Source of the DNA: Bdellovibrionales bacterium
Lineage (GTDB): Bacteria; Bdellovibrionota; Bdellovibrionia; Bdellovibrionales; Bdellovibrionaceae
Length of the DNA stretch: 64,000 nucleotides
Direction: 5' to 3'
Assembly: GCA_031370005.1 (NCBI GenBank)
Contig: JANMPT010000097.1
Coordinates: forward strand, 1 to 64,000
The number at the start of each line of letters is the position of its first letter. Position 1 is the first letter of the stretch. This document shows positions 47,694 through 57,141 of the stretch, piece by piece. The position numbers and the translations under genes were made by a program. A model generated the notes under the pieces. The model was not told where the DNA came from. It made no database searches and worked only from the letters and a program-made list of their open reading frames with translations.

Positions 47694-48525
47694 TGGCCAT
47701 GTCTTCTGTTTCTACAATTTCTACCGCAGATTCCGCAATCATTTGCTCAAGAATTACTGCTGAATTTACAGAACCATACTCTTCGACATTTGAAAGCACA
47801 TCGCCTTCAACTGTTTTTTTTGCTTCAACATAAATATCAGAATAAGTTTCGATCTGAAGTAAAGAGACAAAGCCCATTTTTCCAAGCTCTAACAGGGATA
47901 AAAAGGTAATCAGTGTTTGACGTGCCCTATCCTCGGTCCCACTAACCAAGTCCATCATTACCACTTTTTGACCCACGATCAAACGATCTTTGATCTCTAA
48001 AATTCGACTCGCAATGGACTGGGACTTTACGGTGACCTGATGGATCTTTTTTTTCGCTGTTTTAATAATCAGACGATAAGTTGCAATCAATGAGAATAAA
48101 GCGTTTTCTTCAAGAATAATTTCATCTTCTTTAGGAGACAAGGACTCACGACTGCCACGCAACCAAAGATCGCGTCCCACCAAAGGACGCTCATAAAGTA
48201 GTTTCGCCACCTCTTGATATTTTTGATATTCTAGAAGTTTTTGTACGAGCTCCTTACGCGGATCCTCTGTCTCAAGAATCTCGCCGTTTTCGTCATACTG
48301 AGGAAGAAGCATGCGTGATTTTATATGGATTAAAGTTGATGCCATGGCGATAAATTCACCGGCAACTTCCAGATCCAATTCTTTCATGAGTTTAATATAT
48401 TCAAAATACTGCTTCGTGATATCATGGATATTAATATCCATGATATCCATCTCTTCCTTTCGGATGAGATAAAGAAGAAGTCCTAGAGGGCCTTCAAATT
48501 TTGGCAACTGAATATTAATACTCAT
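47647..48525 (-). CDS. scpA: Segregation/condensation protein ScpA
   Basis: FEGPLGLLLYLI, IKSRMLLP, EDPR.ELV..LLEY, TFLSLLEL. Confidence 0.95.
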   Translation of the reverse strand: MSINIQLPKFEGPLGLLLYLIRKEEMDIMDINIHDITKQYFEYIKLMKELDLEVAGEFIAMASTLIHIKSRMLLPQYDENGEILETEDPRKELVQKLLEYQKYQEVAKLLYERPLVGRDLWLRGSRESLSPKEDEIILEENALFSLIATYRLIIKTAKKKIHQVTVKSQSIASRILEIKDRLIVGQKVVMMDLVSGTEDRARQTLITFLSLLELGKMGFVSLLQIETYSDIYVEAKKTVEGDVLSNVEEYGSVNSAVILEQMIAESAVEIVETEDMASDEEIFAAEEGGALG

Positions 48526-48551
48526 TAAGGTTCATCTCCTTAAACAGTTGT

Positions 48552-49544
48552 TCACCATTTCATTTGAGCACGCACGATCCCAAGTGTTTTTTGCGCTTCA
48601 ATACGAGCTTTTTCACAACCAGAAATAAGGATTGAATCAAGCAGCTTTGGATTATTCAACAACTCTTTTTTCTTTTCTCGAGGTTCTTTGGTTAGAGTTT
48701 CGATATTGCTGAATAATTTAGCTTTGCAGTCGCCACAACCAATGCCAGCTGTCCTGCAACCACTATTTGCCCAGCTTAAATCTTCAGCAGATGAGTACAG
48801 TTTGTGATAACCATAGACAGAGCAGACATCAGGATTGCCAACATCCTCCCGACGCACGCGCTGAGGGTCTGTCACCATTAAATTTACTTTTTTCTTAAGA
48901 TTCTTTTCGTCCTCCGTCAGAAATAAAGTATTGCCGTAGGATTTAGACATTTTACGACCATCAAGCCCTGGCAATACTGGAACCTCAGTAAACAACGGAG
49001 TTGGCTCAGGAAGCTTTGCCTTATAAATATTATTAAAGCGACGAATGATTTCCCGTGAGATTTCCAAGTGCGCCGTTTGATCTTTTCCTATAGGAACTTT
49101 TTCACCGCGATAAATTAAAATGTCCGCAGTTTGAAGTACTGGATAAGCAAAACGACCCAGATTATGTGTGTCATTCTGTTTTGCCTCCACTTCCGCATCC
49201 TTCCATGTAGTAACCCGTTCAAGCCAGCCCATGGGCGTAAGATTTGCTAGAATCATGAAAAGCTCTAAATGCTCTGGAACTTTGCTTTGAACAAAGATCG
49301 TGGACTTTTCAGGATCAAGTCCCCAAGCAATAAACTCAGCGATCATTTCCCGGGTCCAAGAAGCCACATCTTGTGCGCTTCGATAAGCTGTGGTCATCCC
49401 ATGCCAGTCCATAGCTCCAAAAAAACAATCATATAAACCTTCATTTTGAAGCTTTATAAAATTACTAAGTGCTCCCCAATAGTTTCCAATATGCAAAGGT
49501 CCTGTAACTCGAATGCCACTCATCACTCGTTGGCGATGATTCAT
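48552..49544 (-). CDS. trpS: Tryptophan--tRNA ligase
   Basis: HIGN, YPVLQTADIL, VPIGKDQ, KMSKS. Confidence 0.96.
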   Translation of the reverse strand: MNHRQRVMSGIRVTGPLHIGNYWGALSNFIKLQNEGLYDCFFGAMDWHGMTTAYRSAQDVASWTREMIAEFIAWGLDPEKSTIFVQSKVPEHLELFMILANLTPMGWLERVTTWKDAEVEAKQNDTHNLGRFAYPVLQTADILIYRGEKVPIGKDQTAHLEISREIIRRFNNIYKAKLPEPTPLFTEVPVLPGLDGRKMSKSYGNTLFLTEDEKNLKKKVNLMVTDPQRVRREDVGNPDVCSVYGYHKLYSSAEDLSWANSGCRTAGIGCGDCKAKLFSNIETLTKEPREKKKELLNNPKLLDSILISGCEKARIEAQKTLGIVRAQMKW

Positions 49545-50200
49545 AGCAATCCACCCAGCGCCACTTTCATTAAGATATCTTGTCCCCAGAAAACTGGAAT
49601 CGCTAAAATATGCAGGGCTCCTGTTAAAATCAAAGCCATCAAGATCATACTTGTAATATGCTCATTTTGTTCAAGTTTGTAATTCAAAGGTGCCGGCAGA
49701 AAACGCGCCAGAACTTTTCCGCCATCCAAAGGATTGAGCGGAATCAAATTAAAAACGGCCAAAAATAAATTGGTAGTAATAAAGACTTTGACGACCTTAA
49801 GAAATGACACCATGACCTCAGAAACCATAAAGTAACGCGCTGTAATGCCAATTACTAGAGCTCCAATCAGGGCAAGAAGAATATTTGAAAGTGGGCCAGC
49901 AAGAGCCACCCAAAACATGTCCTTTCGGGGATCTTTCAAATTTCTTGGATTCACTGGAACAGGCTTTGCCCAGCCGAAAAAGATCGGAGTATTAAAAACA
50001 ATAGAAATCATCGGCAACATAAAAGTACCAATCATATCCATATGAGATAAGGGGTTCATAGTTAACCGACCCATTATCTGGGCGGTGTTGTCGCCTCGCA
50101 ACTTTGCAACCCAACCATGAGCGAACTCATGGAAGCAAAGAGCAAATAAAAATGGAATATAATAAACGCCTACTTTTGCACCAATTTCCATTAAATCCAT
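49541..50200 (-). CDS. Site-2 protease (M50 family)
   Basis: HEFAH, GWAKPVP, AGPLSN, FNLIPLNPLDG. Confidence 0.93.
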   Translation of the reverse strand: MDLMEIGAKVGVYYIPFLFALCFHEFAHGWVAKLRGDNTAQIMGRLTMNPLSHMDMIGTFMLPMISIVFNTPIFFGWAKPVPVNPRNLKDPRKDMFWVALAGPLSNILLALIGALVIGITARYFMVSEVMVSFLKVVKVFITTNLFLAVFNLIPLNPLDGGKVLARFLPAPLNYKLEQNEHITSMILMALILTGALHILAIPVFWGQDILMKVALGGLL

Positions 50201-50356
50201 ATATCAACGCTAACTGACCACTAGACACTTGTCTAGAGACACTTCGAATCATGCATAAAGATATAGCATCAAATGACGCGGAACGTGCTCATTGATTCCG
50301 CAAGTGCTTACAGATATTTTTTAAAGGCTTTTCATCTCAATTTGAAGGAGTTTATA

Positions 50357-51523
50357 ATGTCTAGTTTTGTTGATGCTCGCCCTGCACTCACTGTCCTATC
50401 TGAAGATGAAAATGCCTTCCAAGAAGCTGTTCGTTCATTCGCAGAATCAGAAATCAAACCCCATGTCACTCGCATGGATGAAAAAGCCGAAATGGATCCT
50501 CTCATTATTAAAAAACTTTTTGAAATGGGCTTAATGGCAATTGAAACTCCAGAAAAATATGGCGGTGCGGGATCCACTTTTACAATGGCCTGCTTAGCTG
50601 TAGAACAGCTTGGTCGCATTGATGGCTCGGTTAGTGTACTTCTCGACGTGCAAAACACCCTCGTGACCAACGCCTTTTTGAAATGGAGCAAAGAGCCTCT
50701 TCAAGCAAAGTATCTTCCAAAGATGGCTACGGAATGGGTGGGAGCTTATGCTCTTTCTGAAAGTTCTTCAGGATCTGATGCATTTGCTTTAAAACTCAAG
50801 GCAGAACTTAAAGGCGATAAATACATTTTAAATGGTTCAAAACTTTGGATTACCAACGGTAAAGAAGCCCATGTCTTCATTGTTTTTGCAAATCTTGATT
50901 TTGACAAAGGCTACAAAGGTATTACAGCTTTTGTTGTTGAAAAAACATTCAAGGGTTTCACAGTTGGAAAAAAGGAAGATAAGCTTGGCATTCGTGCAAG
51001 CTCGACTTGTGAATTGCTCTTCGAAAATTGTGAAGTCCCTGTAGAAAATATTTTGGGCGAAGTCGGCAAAGGTTATAAAATTGCCATCGAAACTTTAAAC
51101 GAAGGCCGCATCGGTATCGGTGCGCAAATGGTGGGAATTGCCCAAGGGGCCTATGAAGCCGCTCTGGGTTATATAAAATCCCGTGAACAATTTGGAAAAT
51201 CCATAGCTCAGTTCCAAGGGGTACAATTTCAATTAGCAGAAATACGAACAGAACTCGAGGCGGCTCGCTTAATGGTTTACAATGCAGCTCGTCTGAAGGA
51301 TTCTGGTCAAGACTTCATTGAAGCTGCGGCAATGGCAAAGCTTTTCTCTTCTCGTGCAGCCTGCAATATCACCTCTATAGCTGTGGATTTATTTGGAGGT
51401 AATGGGTTTACAAAAGAATACCCTGTTGAAAAATTCTGGCGAGATGCCAAGATAGGTCAGATCTATGAAGGAACTACTAATATGCAACTTCAAACAATTG
51501 CCAAAATGGAACTTGAAAAGTAG
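50357..51523 (+). CDS. Acyl-CoA dehydrogenase (short/branched-chain type)
   Basis: ALSESSSGSD, NGSKLWITN, KLGIRAS, GRIGI, REQFG, IYEGT; ATG 50357 after AAGGAG. Confidence 0.93.
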   Translation: MSSFVDARPALTVLSEDENAFQEAVRSFAESEIKPHVTRMDEKAEMDPLIIKKLFEMGLMAIETPEKYGGAGSTFTMACLAVEQLGRIDGSVSVLLDVQNTLVTNAFLKWSKEPLQAKYLPKMATEWVGAYALSESSSGSDAFALKLKAELKGDKYILNGSKLWITNGKEAHVFIVFANLDFDKGYKGITAFVVEKTFKGFTVGKKEDKLGIRASSTCELLFENCEVPVENILGEVGKGYKIAIETLNEGRIGIGAQMVGIAQGAYEAALGYIKSREQFGKSIAQFQGVQFQLAEIRTELEAARLMVYNAARLKDSGQDFIEAAAMAKLFSSRAACNITSIAVDLFGGNGFTKEYPVEKFWRDAKIGQIYEGTTNMQLQTIAKMELEK

Positions 51524-51525
51524 GT

Positions 51526-53061
51526 ATGTTTCTAAAAACTATCTTCATAAGTTTTCTTATTACAATGACTGGAAAGGCGGCCAGTGAGACTCCCGCCCCC
51601 AACTTTAAAATTCATCTTTCCAATGAGCCCAGCAATCTAGACCCTCATCAGCAAAAGTCCTCAGCCTCTAGTTATTTATTGCAGAATCTATACCGCAATA
51701 TTTTTTTCTATGACAATGACAAGGGCCTTGTTGCAGATCTCGGAGAAAGCTGTAAACGACAAAGCCCTTTGGTTTTGGTTTGTAAGCTAAAAAAAGGACT
51801 TCAATGGAGTGATGGTTCCAGCCTGACTTCTAAAGACTTTTTAAAAACCTATCAACAGGTTTTAAATCCAAATAAATCCTTTTTACGTGTGGATCTTCTT
51901 TTAAAAATTAAAAATGCTACCGCTATTTACAAAGGTAAAAAAAAGATTACAAGTCTTGGTATTACAGCACCCAATGCGACAACTTTACGTTTTGAATTTG
52001 AAGCTAAAGATCCTGATTTTGAATATAACTTGGCTAGCTTTTTACTGTCCCCTACTAAGAATACTCTAAATCCAAGTCAAAATGCTTCAGAATTGATCGT
52101 CAATGGCCCCTATAAGATTTTTAATTGGATTCCCGGCCAAAAAATTCAGCTTACTAATAATACTCATTATAAAAACGGAAATTTTTCCAAACGCCCATCC
52201 GTTGAGTTTCTCTTCATCAACGAAGACAGTGTGGCTTTACATCTTTATGAAAAAAATGAGCTCAGTTTTTTAAGACGTCTGCCGTCGCTTTATATTCCAA
52301 AATTTAAATCTCGTCCAGACTTCCATTGGATTCCCATGCTGCGTTTTGACTACTTTGGCTTTGGTCCAGCTTTGAAAAATCACCCAAAAATTCGAGAAGC
52401 ATTAACTCTTTCTTTAGATTATAAAGAATTACAAAAAATATTTTCTTCGGAAGGAACTCCTGGCTGTCCAGGAATACCGGTTTCTTGGTTAAAAAAAGAA
52501 TTATGTTACGAACTAAATGTAGATAAGGCGAGGCAGATCTTTGCTGAAGACAACTCCGTACCGAGTGAATTGAAACTTATGTATTCGGCCCTTGGCGGTG
52601 AAGACCATCGTCGTGCGACCGAATGGATACAAGCACAGTGGCAAAAGAATCTTAATCTCAAAGTCCAATTACTGCTCCGAGAAAATAAAGTTTTTTTAAG
52701 TGAGCTTCGAAAGAATCCTCCTGCCATTTTCCGTAAAGGTGTGGCTCCGGATCGTCCAACTTGTTTGGCCGTCCTTGAAACCTTTGCGGATTGGAACTCT
52801 GAGAACTATATCCAGGTCAAGGATCCCGAGTACCAACATATTCTTGATAAACTCAGTGAAGCAAGGACAGCGCAGGATCAAAAGAGTTCTTGCACCCAAG
52901 GTGTTCGTTTCTTAATGGATCGCCATTTACTTATACCCACGGGCCCACTCCACTTTTCTATTTTGGCAAAAAAGAACTTCACCGGTTGGAAGCTAAACTC
53001 TATGAATCAGCTAGATCTTTCAGATCTTGAGGTCTCCCCGTCTCAATTTGAATCAAAATAA
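51526..53061 (+). CDS. Orphan oligopeptide ABC substrate-binding protein (OppA-like, family 5)
   Basis: EPSNLDP, WSDGSSLTSKDF, NGPYKI..W, N..Y. Confidence 0.8.
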   Translation: MFLKTIFISFLITMTGKAASETPAPNFKIHLSNEPSNLDPHQQKSSASSYLLQNLYRNIFFYDNDKGLVADLGESCKRQSPLVLVCKLKKGLQWSDGSSLTSKDFLKTYQQVLNPNKSFLRVDLLLKIKNATAIYKGKKKITSLGITAPNATTLRFEFEAKDPDFEYNLASFLLSPTKNTLNPSQNASELIVNGPYKIFNWIPGQKIQLTNNTHYKNGNFSKRPSVEFLFINEDSVALHLYEKNELSFLRRLPSLYIPKFKSRPDFHWIPMLRFDYFGFGPALKNHPKIREALTLSLDYKELQKIFSSEGTPGCPGIPVSWLKKELCYELNVDKARQIFAEDNSVPSELKLMYSALGGEDHRRATEWIQAQWQKNLNLKVQLLLRENKVFLSELRKNPPAIFRKGVAPDRPTCLAVLETFADWNSENYIQVKDPEYQHILDKLSEARTAQDQKSSCTQGVRFLMDRHLLIPTGPLHFSILAKKNFTGWKLNSMNQLDLSDLEVSPSQFESK

Positions 53062-53076
53062 GACAAAAATTTTGCC

Positions 53077-53103
53077 TCAACTTTTTTAGACGAAGGCCGA
53101 TAA
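53077..53103 (+). promoter_or_regulatory. Sigma28 (FliA) promoter
   Basis: TCAACTTT-N11-GCCGATAA versus consensus TAAAGTTT-N11-GCCGATAA. Confidence 0.75.
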
Positions 53104-53157
53104 GCCTAATAGCTAGTCCTAAGACGATAGAATAGAAACAACAGGGAGAAATTCCAA

Positions 53158-53382
53158 ATGGCTGAGAATAAAAAAATCGAAAAACAAGTTCCTAATAATG
53201 TAATCCAATTAGGTCCAACAAAATGTTGCGGAGAAGGTTGTAACAAAAAACCAGAAAAAGCTGGGTTTTGCGCTGAACATTTTGAATGGTTTAAAGCCGG
53301 GTTGGTAACCAGAGAAGGCAATAAAGCTGCTGATTTTGAGAAAAAACACTATCACTTCATGAGAGCAAAAACGGCTGCATAA
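53158..53382 (+). CDS. Small basic protein with C-x4-C-x9-C-x2-H zinc-finger motif
   Basis: CCGEGCNKKPEKAGFCAEH; GGGAG RBS; has its own promoter and terminator. Confidence 0.8.
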   Translation: MAENKKIEKQVPNNVIQLGPTKCCGEGCNKKPEKAGFCAEHFEWFKAGLVTREGNKAADFEKKHYHFMRAKTAA

Positions 53383-53423
53383 TTAGCTGCATAAGTATAA
53401 ATCTTATAACTCCCATTTCCGTT

Positions 53424-53451
53424 ATGCCAGGCACCCCGCCTGGCATTTTTT
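53424..53451 (+). terminator. Intrinsic terminator
   Basis: ATGCCAGGC-ACCCC-GCCTGGCAT followed by TTTTT. Confidence 0.88.
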
Positions 53452-53600
53452 GTCTTAAATACTTCCCCAAAAGACTACAAAGAATATAAATCCAAAAAAA
53501 AAGTACTTTAAACTAACATTTAGGGCCTCTTGTAACGTCATACCTTCTCTTCGGTCAAATCACCTGCTAACATAACTTCCTAGACTTTTAGTGAGGTTTT

Positions 53601-54347
53601 ATGAAAAAAGCTGTTTTGGTAACCGGTGCGAGCTCTGGAATTGGTCGAGCGACCGCCTTTGAATTTGCACGCCAGGGATATTTCGTCTATCTCATGGGAC
53701 GCAACAAAGAACGCCTTGAGGAAACGGCCCTGCAATGCTGCTCCGGCGCTTGTTTGCTATCATGTGATTTAAGGGATTCTGCTCAAGTTGCAAATCGTCT
53801 TAAGGAAGTTTTTGAAAATCCTCTATACAGCATGGAAATTCTGATAAATAATGCCGGTATTTTTAAAACTCATAGTATGGAAGAGGGAACCGATGAAATT
53901 TGGACTGAACAATTTGAAGTAAATCTTTTAGCGGCTGTGCGCCTAACGCGTCTGTTCATTCCCTATTTTAGAAAAAAACAAAAAGGTTCTATTGTAAATA
54001 TCTCTTCAACTTTAGGCCTGCGCCCCAATTCAAATACAGGAGCTTACTCCGCCTTGAAGGCTGCAATGATCAATTGGACTCAAAGCTTAGCTCTAGAGGC
54101 AGGCTCCTATGGAGTTCGCGTGAATTGCATCTGTCCTGGGATTGTTGACACCCCTATTCACTCTTTTAGCGGCCTCCCGAACTCACAAAAACAAAATATT
54201 CTTGATCAAATGGCAAAGTTACAACCCTTAGGTCGTATTGGCACTGCGGAAGATCTCGCAAAAAGTATTTACTTTTTAGGCTCTGAGCTTTCTGCTTGGA
54301 CAACGGGGGCAGTCCTTTCCGTCGATGGGGGCATAAATCTACAATGA
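53601..54347 (+). CDS. SDR-family oxidoreductase
   Basis: TGASSGIG, INNAG, YSALK, VNCICPG, VDGG. Confidence 0.92.
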   Translation: MKKAVLVTGASSGIGRATAFEFARQGYFVYLMGRNKERLEETALQCCSGACLLSCDLRDSAQVANRLKEVFENPLYSMEILINNAGIFKTHSMEEGTDEIWTEQFEVNLLAAVRLTRLFIPYFRKKQKGSIVNISSTLGLRPNSNTGAYSALKAAMINWTQSLALEAGSYGVRVNCICPGIVDTPIHSFSGLPNSQKQNILDQMAKLQPLGRIGTAEDLAKSIYFLGSELSAWTTGAVLSVDGGINLQ

Positions 54348-54727
54348 CAAAAACCCTGATTATATGTTCTTCTTTTTCTGCGGCCCACTTTTATCATCAG
54401 AAAATCTGGTCGAAGGCCGAAAACCAGGCTTGCTTTGGCAAGTGCTTCGCTACGTATGGACATGGTCATAATTATTGCTTTGAGGTGGGCTTTAGAAATC
54501 CACAAAGCCCACCTCAAAATTTGCAGAAAAACGTAATGCAGACCACAGATTTACTAGATCACCAGCATCTCAACTTTACGATTTCAGAGTTTAAAGACCT
54601 AATTCCAACCACCGAGAATATTGCTAAATATCTTTTAAAAAAACTTCAGGAAGCTTGTCCAAACGAGCCTATCTCTTATATAAAACTCTTCGAAACGAAA
54701 GATTTATGGGTGGAGATTCGAATATGA
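54344..54727 (+). CDS. 6-pyruvoyl-tetrahydropterin synthase family protein (PTPS-II-type motif)
   Basis: [19 protein letters not shown] (Cx5HGH), LDHQHLN, PTTENIA, LFET; ATGA overlap with the SDR gene. Confidence 0.85.
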   Translation: MTKTLIICSSFSAAHFYHQKIWSKAENQACFGKCFATYGHGHNYCFEVGFRNPQSPPQNLQKNVMQTTDLLDHQHLNFTISEFKDLIPTTENIAKYLLKKLQEACPNEPISYIKLFETKDLWVEIRI

Positions 54728-55464
54728 GCAGCAATGAAAACAAGGTTCGCTTATCAAAATTAATGGCGGAAAAAGGTCTTTGTTCTCGTCGTGAGGCGGA
54801 TACTTATATTGCTGCTGGTCTTGTTTATGTAGACGGAGAAAAAATTTCTGTTCTTGGAACAAAGGTGTCTCCCGATGTTCGCGTAACTTTGGATGTCGTG
54901 GCCATGAAAAAGCAAAAAAAACTAAGCACAATTTTATTAAACAAACCAGTGGGCTACGTTTCTGCTCAGCCTGAGCCGCAGTACACACCTGCGATTAGGC
55001 TCATCACTGCCGAAAACCAGTTTGGCATTAGTAAGCAAAAATTCAAACCTGATTGCTTAGCAGGACTTGCCGTCGCCGGACGCCTTGATATTGATTCACA
55101 AGGTTTATTAATTTTCACTCAGGATGGGCGCATAGCTAAACAAATCATCGGAGAAAACAGCGAGATCGACAAAGAATACCTAGTTCGTGTTGAAGGAATT
55201 CTTCCAAAAGAAAAACTTCAACTTCTTTGCCATGGGCTTGAGCTTGACGGAAAAAAACTGAAACCTGCCACAGTCGAATGGGTAAACGAGGATCAACTTC
55301 GATTCATCCTTCGAGAAGGAAAAAAACGTCAAATTCGTCGTATGTGCGAGCTTGTAGGCCTTCGTGTGCGCGGCCTTAAGCGCGTTCGCGTCGGAAAAAT
55401 CAAGCTCGAACATCTGCCTGAGGGAAAATGGCGTTTTCTCGAGGCCGATGAGAGCCTTGATTGA
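54724..55464 (+). CDS. rRNA pseudouridine synthase (RsuA/RluB/RluF family)
   Basis: S4 domain [40 protein letters not shown]. Confidence 0.92.
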   Translation: MSSNENKVRLSKLMAEKGLCSRREADTYIAAGLVYVDGEKISVLGTKVSPDVRVTLDVVAMKKQKKLSTILLNKPVGYVSAQPEPQYTPAIRLITAENQFGISKQKFKPDCLAGLAVAGRLDIDSQGLLIFTQDGRIAKQIIGENSEIDKEYLVRVEGILPKEKLQLLCHGLELDGKKLKPATVEWVNEDQLRFILREGKKRQIRRMCELVGLRVRGLKRVRVGKIKLEHLPEGKWRFLEADESLD

Positions 55465-55523
55465 CATTCTAGCGAATTTCATCAAACAATCGTTGAGTAG
55501 GGAAAACTTCACAGGAGGATTTC

Positions 55524-57128
55524 ATGGCAAGACGAGCATTGGTCATTAGTTTAGTTTTCTTTAGTTTTCTTAGTGCCTCGCCAGTAGCTTTTGCTAAACC
55601 TGGTGATAAAACCCTGGTCTACTGCTCTGAAGGAAACCCCAGTTCTTTCAATCCACAGCTCGTTAGTGATGGCACTTCCTTAAATACAACCCATCCTATT
55701 TATAATGGCCTTGTTGAATTCAAGCTTGGTACTACCAAAATAGTTCCCATGTTGGCAGAGTCTTTTAGTATCTCCAAAAATAAACTCACTTACACTTTTG
55801 AACTTCGTAAAGGAGTTAAGTTTCATACAACTAAAAACTTTACTCCAAAAAGAGACTTTAACTCTGATGACGTGATTTTCTCTTTTGAAAGACAACGGGA
55901 TAAAAATCACCCCTATCACAATGTTGGGGGCGCTACCTATGAATACTTTGAAGCTATGGACATGGGTAAGGCTATCAAATCAATCAAAGCCCTTGATCCA
56001 ATGACAATTGAAATCACACTCAACTACCCAGAGGCTCCCTTTATTGCAAATTTAGCTATGCCCTTTATGAATATTCTTTCTAAAGAATACTCTGACCAAC
56101 TCACGGCACAAAATAAGCAAGCGGACATTGACTTGATCCCTGTAGGGACGGGGCCTTTTATATTCCAATCTTACTCAAAGGGGAGTTCGATTAAATACAA
56201 AAGTTTTGAAAATTATTGGGGACAAAAGGGAAATATCGAGAAACTGATTTTCGCTATTACTCCAGAGGCCAGTGTTCGCGCACAAAAACTCAAAACTGGC
56301 GAATGCCAATTCATCGCGGAGCCCGTGCCAACTGATTTAGCCTCTCTTAAATCTGACGCAAAATTATCCGTCATTAGCTCTCCTGGTCTGAATATTGGCT
56401 ATCTTGCGATGAACGTAACAAAAAAGCCTTTCGATAATGTACTGGTCAGGAAAGCGATGAACTATGCCTTAAACCGAAAATCTTATATCGAAGCAATCTT
56501 CCTGGGAAATGCGACCATAGCAAAAAACCCAATTCCACCGACAATTTGGTCATATAATGAAAGCATAGTGGATTATGATTACAACCCAGAAAAAGCCAAA
56601 GAACTTCTTAAACAGGCAGGTTTTCCAAATGGATTTGAAACCGAGCTGTGGACAATGCCAGTTTCTCGTCCTTACAATCCGAATGGAAAAAAAATGGGCG
56701 AGATGATGCAAGCTGATCTTGCCAAAGTGGGCATTAAAGTAAAACTTGTCAGCTTCGATTGGCCAACTTATTTGGCGAAATCAAAAGCTGGAGAACATAG
56801 CTTAGTTCAATTCGGCTGGACCGGAGACAATGGTGATCCTGATAACTTCCTGAATGTTCTTTTGGGTTGTTCCAGTGTGAATGCTGGAGCAAATTACTCC
56901 CGCTGGTGTAACAAGTCATTTAATGACTTAGTCACAGAAGCTAAGAAAACGACTGATATTAAAAAGCGCACAGAACTTTACAAGAAAGCTCAAGTGGTCT
57001 TTAAGGAAGAAGCTCCCTGGGTGACCTTGGATCACTCTATGGTTTTTCGTGCAATGTCTAAAAGTGTGAAAAATTACAAAATGGATCCTTTGGGTGCTGA
57101 TATCTTTAACGAAGTAAATATCGACTAG
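55524..57128 (+). CDS. dppA: Dipeptide ABC transporter substrate-binding protein
   Basis: LVYCSEGNP, LRKGVKFH, GTGPF, MPVSRPYNPN, GWTGDNGDPDNF. Confidence 0.93.
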   Translation: MARRALVISLVFFSFLSASPVAFAKPGDKTLVYCSEGNPSSFNPQLVSDGTSLNTTHPIYNGLVEFKLGTTKIVPMLAESFSISKNKLTYTFELRKGVKFHTTKNFTPKRDFNSDDVIFSFERQRDKNHPYHNVGGATYEYFEAMDMGKAIKSIKALDPMTIEITLNYPEAPFIANLAMPFMNILSKEYSDQLTAQNKQADIDLIPVGTGPFIFQSYSKGSSIKYKSFENYWGQKGNIEKLIFAITPEASVRAQKLKTGECQFIAEPVPTDLASLKSDAKLSVISSPGLNIGYLAMNVTKKPFDNVLVRKAMNYALNRKSYIEAIFLGNATIAKNPIPPTIWSYNESIVDYDYNPEKAKELLKQAGFPNGFETELWTMPVSRPYNPNGKKMGEMMQADLAKVGIKVKLVSFDWPTYLAKSKAGEHSLVQFGWTGDNGDPDNFLNVLLGCSSVNAGANYSRWCNKSFNDLVTEAKKTTDIKKRTELYKKAQVVFKEEAPWVTLDHSMVFRAMSKSVKNYKMDPLGADIFNEVNID

Positions 57129-57141
57129 TTAGGCTCAACGG

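Noticed and set aside
54344..54727. Gene symbol queD
   Set aside because: The active-site spacing is Cx5HGH (PTPS-II type) and no que genes are adjacent.
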